A stretch of DNA of 27,028 bases from Macrostomum lignano. Taxonomy: Eukaryota. Shown piece by piece: positions 21,701 to 27,028 of this stretch. The stretch is from NCBI GenBank assembly GCA_002269645.1, contig NIVC01001311.1:1-27028 (forward strand), read 5' to 3'. The first letter of the stretch is position 1; each line of letters starts with the position of its first letter. The translations under genes were made by a program, and so were the position numbers. The notes beneath the pieces were generated by a model, which was given only the letters and a program-made list of their open reading frames with translations, did no database searches and had not been told where the DNA came from.

Positions 21701-24700
21701 GCGTCTGCGTTTCAGCAGCGACCACGCTCCGTGTGTGCGTCTCGGGTATCGGCTTGAGGCCGGAACCGCTGCCGCAATGGGCAGAGTAAATGTTATTGGA
21801 GACTCCGGCCTGTAGCACCGAGAAAGCTTCTTGTGGCGACTCTAGCGGGCTATTTTGTCGGCGGCTCGGTTGATGATGGTGTTGCTGACTGCCTTGATGC
21901 TGACGGAAGCCCGTGGAATTTACAGTCACTTGAGAATTTCGGCTAGAGGACGTGGCCGGTCGGCCCTCGCGCAGCACCATGGCGCGAACTCGCAAGCCGT
22001 CAACGTTGTGCGACGAATGCTCGGTAAAGTCGAACTGCTGCTGAGCCACCCGGTGCACACGTTCGGACACTAGGATCTGTCCGGGGCCGGCCGCTGAGGC
22101 CAGCACTTTCGAAATAGATGCTGCCTGGCCCCAGATGTCGAAAACTGGCCTGGAGCCGCCGACCACGCCGCAGAATCCGGGTCCGAGGTCGATGCCAACC
22201 CGCATACGGATGCGGTCCTCGTACAGTGTGGCGTTGAGTTCAGCCACCCTGCGGCGCATCAGCTGGGCCAGCTGGACCAGACCGGTGAGGTGGAACAGCT
22301 TGCTGGCCGGGTTGTCCTGCAGTTGCGGATTCATGCCAACAGCTACTACATAGTTTTCCCCAACTGTGCGCACTTTGACGAGCTCCTGGTGTCGGTCGGC
22401 ACGTTGAATTAGCTCGTCCAGCTCGCAGATGACGTCATTGAGCACCCGGATGCTCTCCTGGACAAGCAGGGGAGCCTCAGTGCCAGGAGCTGGCTGCCAA
22501 TCCGGTAGATTGGCCCACAGGATGCCCAGCAGCTGGTACTCTTGGGCGTACAGATCCTGTGTTGGCGAGAGACGTTAGGGGAGGGCATCAAAAGAGCACA
22601 CAAAGGCGCACGGAATGCAGGCAAAAATCCACAGGATGTACAGACGGCCCTGACTTTCTCATTGGCAGGCATTTCTCACTCTGTGACCTGGGGCTTTGGC
22701 CCTCATGGGCGATTTTTCGTGCCAAACGTCAGGTAAATTTTTTCACGAGCCTCAAATTTGTGTGGCCCAGGTACTTTGGTGCCTGGAGTCAAACGCCTTA
22801 ACCCCTGAGCTTCTCTGTCAGTAAAAACGGTTTTCTAGCTTTTTGTAAATTCCTACGCACTCCACATCCCTCTGGCTCCCTGCTGCACAGGTCGAAACTC
22901 GAAGGCTTTCCCGGCTTCAGCCCAGCATACTCCCAACTGGGGAACCGAAGTTATGACTGCTACCGAAACCGCGCGCGTCAAACTCCCGAAACCCCCAGCC
23001 ATAGTGAAGTTTTCTCCTCTCCAGCTAGCTCTGATGACTCACCCAAGCTCGAATGCGGGCACGCGAGGCACGCGCAGATATGCATATATTGATGAGGAAT
23101 CGGGCAAGTTTTTCCTATAGTTCCGCGTCGCTTTTTTCGGCTTCATTCCCTGCGCAACAACCGGCAAACCCCACCGGCACTCGGTGGCAGGGGCAGGCTT
23201 TGGCTTTGGCATGCCCCATCCATCAAGGCATTCGGTAAGGTTTGCTGGGCCAGAGTGGATGAGGGGAGGGCATTTCGGGCCTCTAGTGCGACGCTTCGTC
23301 GTTGCGCGTCGGAGTTATGCTTATAATAATTCGTGGCCTGGCAACTGACCTCGAGTCTGTGTAACCCTCTCTATCTGTGCCTCTTATTCTATCAATATAC
23401 ACTACATGCCAAGTTCCCTATGTAAATATGAATAAGCTGTCTATGAATAAATTTGTCAGAAAAAGTCGAGCTCCTATTCTTCTGGTGAATTGCACTTGAC
23501 GTTACACTCGAATAGGATATTTCTATCATTGCTATCAGCTGATTTAATAGATTAGATTAATTAAATAAGTGAAACCCGCTACCAGCTGTACTCACCACAG
23601 GATTTCGATAAGTCGTATCCGTGAAATGCAGCGCAACGTGCTGCGGCAGCAGATTTTTCAGCAAACAGCAACTGGCCTCCTTCACCAGGAACATGTCGTG
23701 CTGGTTCTCGGCGGACTGAAAAAATATTCGTTAAAAATGAAAGAGAATGATTCGATTTGGGCTGTACGAGGGTTGTAAGTCTGCTAAGTAGAAATGTTGA
23801 TTTTTCTATTAAAAAGAAAATCTTTGCAAAATCCTCAATTAAAACACAACAGAATTGTGAGAGCTTCCGCTACCCCATACTATTATTGAATTTACCACAG
23901 GAGAAGCAAATATGTGATTCATTTGCTATTCAGGATCGGCAAACTCCGGCCCACAAAGCCTTTCTATCCGGCCCTCGGTCCTTTGAAACTTCACAATGGC
24001 AATCTGGGCCGCTCAGGGTTTGTGTCTCTTCTCAGCTCCCTACTCTCTAATCCCCTCCCTCTCCTCTCCTATTCCATCTTCTAATGGGCAGATGTGCAAC
24101 CGACAGCTCGAGCCCGAGTAAATCTGAAGGTTGCGTACGGCTGTTCAGTCCAAAGATCCCCTAGAATTACTCCAGCTAATGCTGGCACCCATTTTACAGC
24201 TGGGTGATCTGAAGCAATGCAGAGTTAAATGCCTTGCTCAAGAAGTCAAGGACTATAGATTGTTACGAGTGGGTCGAGAATGAAACCCCGGACCTTTCAG
24301 TCTCAATTCCGACGCTCTAGCCACTAGGCTAAAACTCTAGGCTATAATGGAAGCTCACCTGCGACTTCCACTGGAACTCCTGTCGCTGGGCGAACTCGTG
24401 AAACCGAGAGTGCACGAAGATCAAGATGGAGAAAGCGGTCAGGCAGACGAGGCCCCAGACAAAGGTTGGCACAGGGCCAGCTGACATGTCGTGAGCGGAG
24501 GCGGCCAGACCGGACAGACTCGCCAGCCCTCTGACATCGGAGTCAACCAGCGAGAACAGCGGACGATGCGTGACAGCTACAGTCAGGCCGAAGGTGGTGG
24601 ACACGGCCACGAGCAGGAACAGCTTGATGAAGGAGGGCAGCGATGCGAACACAGCCACCAAGATCAGGCAGAGGGTGCCAGACAGGTAAATGAAGTCCGG

Positions 24701-26795
24701 CAGCGGGCACTGCAGCTCCAGTGAGTTGTCCGAGTCCTGCAGAATCGGGCCGTACGTGGTCCTGTTGCCCACTGTCGAACGGCAGCAGAACTGAAAACCG
24801 ATGCCAAATAATCAATAAATTCGGTTGAAATCCTAAAACCACCTCCAGCCCAAGCCCGACAGCACTAAACGCCAGCTCAGCTCACCACATTGGCCTGCGA
24901 TACGGCGTACACAAACAGAACCGAAGTAATGATGACAACCACTCGTATGACGAATGAGCTCTGAATGTTGAATTCCAGGCACTGTCGATTGGAAATTGGT
25001 TGTTTTCACAATTACTGCATTGTGTACAGTGAATTTAGATTCTTTCACGCGTGACTTAATCACCAATGAAATTGTTCAATTAATCTCTGCATAGTTGATG
25101 GGGCATAAATTTCTACAGGTATAGATTAAAGTAACTGCCATTCAATATCTTATAGCCCAGTGGTCCAACTCGGCGCTCTGATGTGCCAGCGGCCCAGGCT
25201 CGATTCAAGTGCAGTCACATTAATTTAAGGCAGAATTGGAATCTCGGCTTGGCTCTGCTCGTGCAATTAACACCTTTGAAGGCCAACCCTAAGGACAGTG
25301 AAGTGTACATGACTAACGATAAATAAAGTTAGGGCCGCTGTACACTCCTGTGTGAGTGTGTGCCTGTGCGTATGACTGCGTACGCATCCGCGCGCTTGTG
25401 TGACATAACAAGCCATCCGTTCAAGGCCTTCAAATCTGGGACAAGATAGGTGCATGGAGCGGTTCATTGGAGTCCAACTCAAACTTGATTTGAATTTGCT
25501 CACCTTAAGCCTGGCAGCCAGCAACACCATGAGCATCATGCCAATCCAGGTGAACGCAATCATGAATAGCAGCAATAGCAGCATGGTTCTAAAATGGGGA
25601 AGGGTTCATTAATAATTAATTAAAACAGCTTTTAACAGCATCTCTACATTTTCTCCGCGAAGAGCTCACCTGGGCAGCACTGAAGCCTGAAGGCTGGCGC
25701 TAATTAGCAAAATGAATAGGGCCGCTAGCATTGCCGCTCCGAATGTGTGATCCTCCTGTCTGTGGTACTGGAATTGTTTGTTTGAGTTTTCAGTTGCAAT
25801 GTATTTAGCGAATAAATTCTAAGCAAAATGAATGACATCTTTTCGTCGTTTTTTTGTACTGTTTAGGGCGAGACCGATTCAAACTATTATTTTACTCGGT
25901 TGTTATGCAGTTGCTGTGGGGTTGCTAAGCGGTTGCTATACTATTTTAAAGCAATGTAGAGACTAGGTTGTATCTATCTGATTGATTACTGTTTAGTTAC
26001 AACGCGGTTGGTACGCAGTTGCTCTGCGGTTGCCATACGGTTGCTATGCGATTGCTATGCGGTTGCTATGCGATTGCTATGCGGTTGCTATGCGATTGCT
26101 ATGCGGTTGCTATGCGGTTGCTATATTGTTGCTATGTGGTTGCTATGCAGTTGCCATACGGTTGCTATGCGGTTGCGATGCGGTTGCGATGCGGTTGCGA
26201 TGCGGTTGCTATGCTGTTGCTTTGAGGTTGCTGAGATAGCTGTTTCTATCTCATTACTGTTTACGAGTTACGTACATGTAGTTACTATGCGGTTGGTACA
26301 CGGTTTCTATGCGGTTGTTATGCTGATTGCTTTTTCATTACGTTTTCCTCGCTTGCTGTACAGTTGCTACACGGTTGCTACGCCGATGCTTTTTGATTGC
26401 TATGCAGTCGCTGTGCGGTTGCTATGCTATTTCTACGCAGTTGCCATGCGATTTGCTAAGCTGTTGTCAAGACTGAATTTCGAATTCTTAAACAAAAGCT
26501 ATAACCAAACTTTCGGTTCGAGTTCAACTTAAGCACTCCTGCTCACCTCATTCTCTTTAGCCTGAGTTGAGAACTTCAGCGTCACCGGGTTCATGCTGGT
26601 TCGGCAGCGCCTCAGCACGGTTGTTGAGGCGCCGCTAGCAGCTACTTGACCACCGCAGCCTGAGAGGTCGACGAAGTCTTGACGCTGCCCAGGCGGGTGA
26701 GTTCGGTGCCTTTGAACGAAGCCGCGTGCCCGTTCCCAATGAGAGGACTGGAGCTGCCACCGGAACTCCTGCTGCGAGGGTGGTTCGAATATGTA
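18790..26795 (-). CDS. Rutabaga/ADCY1-like transmembrane adenylyl cyclase, 3' part only (end of C1b, M2 helices, degenerate C2 domain, about 1,100-aa low-complexity tail); the 5' part lies beyond the right edge
   Basis: Exons 26795(uncertain 5' edge)-26547, 25767-25670, 25588-25504, 24981-24886, 24790-24359, 23715-23596, 22556-20354, 20296-18790. LQASVLPRTMLLLLLFMIAFTWIGMMLMVLLAARLKCLEFNIQSSFVIR...QANVFCC closely resembles rutabaga M2 as I recall it. Also LLKNLLPQHVA, LYAQEY, RVLNDVICELDEL, RMRVGIDLGP, FDIWG. The tail needs three single-base frame corrections (about 21245, 20645, 20281). Confidence 0.85.
23950..24080 (+). repeat. Dispersed repeat fragment, copy 2
   Basis: Same 28-nt core at 23977-24004, similar upstream cccaca...ctatcc and a downstream C/T-rich tail; family not identified. 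Confidence 0.75.
24080..24340 (-). mobile_element. tRNA-derived SINE with a CORE-like central domain
   Basis: Minus strand reads GCCTAGTGGCTAGAGCGTCGG (A-box-like), GGGGTTTCATTCTC (degenerate B box), then TCTTGAGCAAGGCATTTAAC...CCCAGCTGTAAAATGGGTGCC (24243-24186), resembling the CORE consensus CCTTGGGCAAGTCACTTAAC...CTGTAAAATGGG. Ends are approximate. Confidence 0.7.
25905..26460. repeat. 11-nt minisatellite (GCGGTTGCTAT), core about 26005-26225 with degenerate flanks, in a cyclase intron
   Basis: Tandem gcggttgctat/gcgattgctat units; they explain the repetitive ORFs at 26008-26532. Confidence 0.93.
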
Positions 26796-27028
26796 CTTTT
26801 AAAATTTGTTCGAATACATTTTCCGAGTTGTTAGGATTCTTACATTTTTCCTGAGGGCTGGCACTTCAGAAGTTCCTCGGTCAGCTTCTGAAAGATTTGT
26901 TAACATTTAAAGTTGTGAAGTTTTTACACAAATTGATAGATAGAGGCCAGCAGATCGAATTTAAGATGAGTTGGGTCAACTGACCTCCCCTATAGATTAT
27001 TATATTGGGGTCAACTGACCTTCGCAAT

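Noticed and set aside
18717-22801. Many overlapping plus-strand and alternate-frame ORFs
   Set aside because: Shadow ORFs of GC-rich cyclase exons; no recognisable domains.
23030-23060. CTGATGA as a hammerhead ribozyme core (also at 5782)
   Set aside because: No stem II followed by GAAA at either site.
26008-26532. Cys-rich repeat ORFs (CGCYAVAMRLL)
   Set aside because: By-products of the 11-nt array, antisense within a cyclase intron.

Overview
Eukaryotic (animal) genomic DNA: GC-rich exons, GT-AG introns and many minisatellites. The composition suggests a free-living flatworm such as Macrostomum, which is an inference I cannot confirm. Five protein-coding loci could be assembled by hand with phase-compatible splice sites: (1) a neuregulin/vein-like secreted protein (minus strand, 3 exons; no EGF exon in the window); (2) an intronless ACSF2-like acyl-CoA ligase nested antisense in intron 1 of that gene, with one frameshift; (3) a 7-exon TRAF4 orthologue; (4) a 2-exon melatonin-receptor-like class A GPCR; (5) the 3' half of a rutabaga/ADCY1-like transmembrane adenylyl cyclase (minus strand) with a very long C-terminal tail. 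The window also holds seven minisatellite arrays, a tRNA-derived CORE-type SINE and a short dispersed repeat. The strongest lead is the cyclase: its C2 domain lacks the catalytic Asn, Arg and phosphate-binding Lys, and its tail carries repeated acidic YDN motifs and a PDZ-type C-terminus, so it may be a pseudo-cyclase scaffold. About six single-base indels, mostly at short homopolymers, suggest a noisy long-read consensus, so frameshift-based claims are weaker than substitution-based ones. Protein family assignments rest on remembered motifs; no database search was run.
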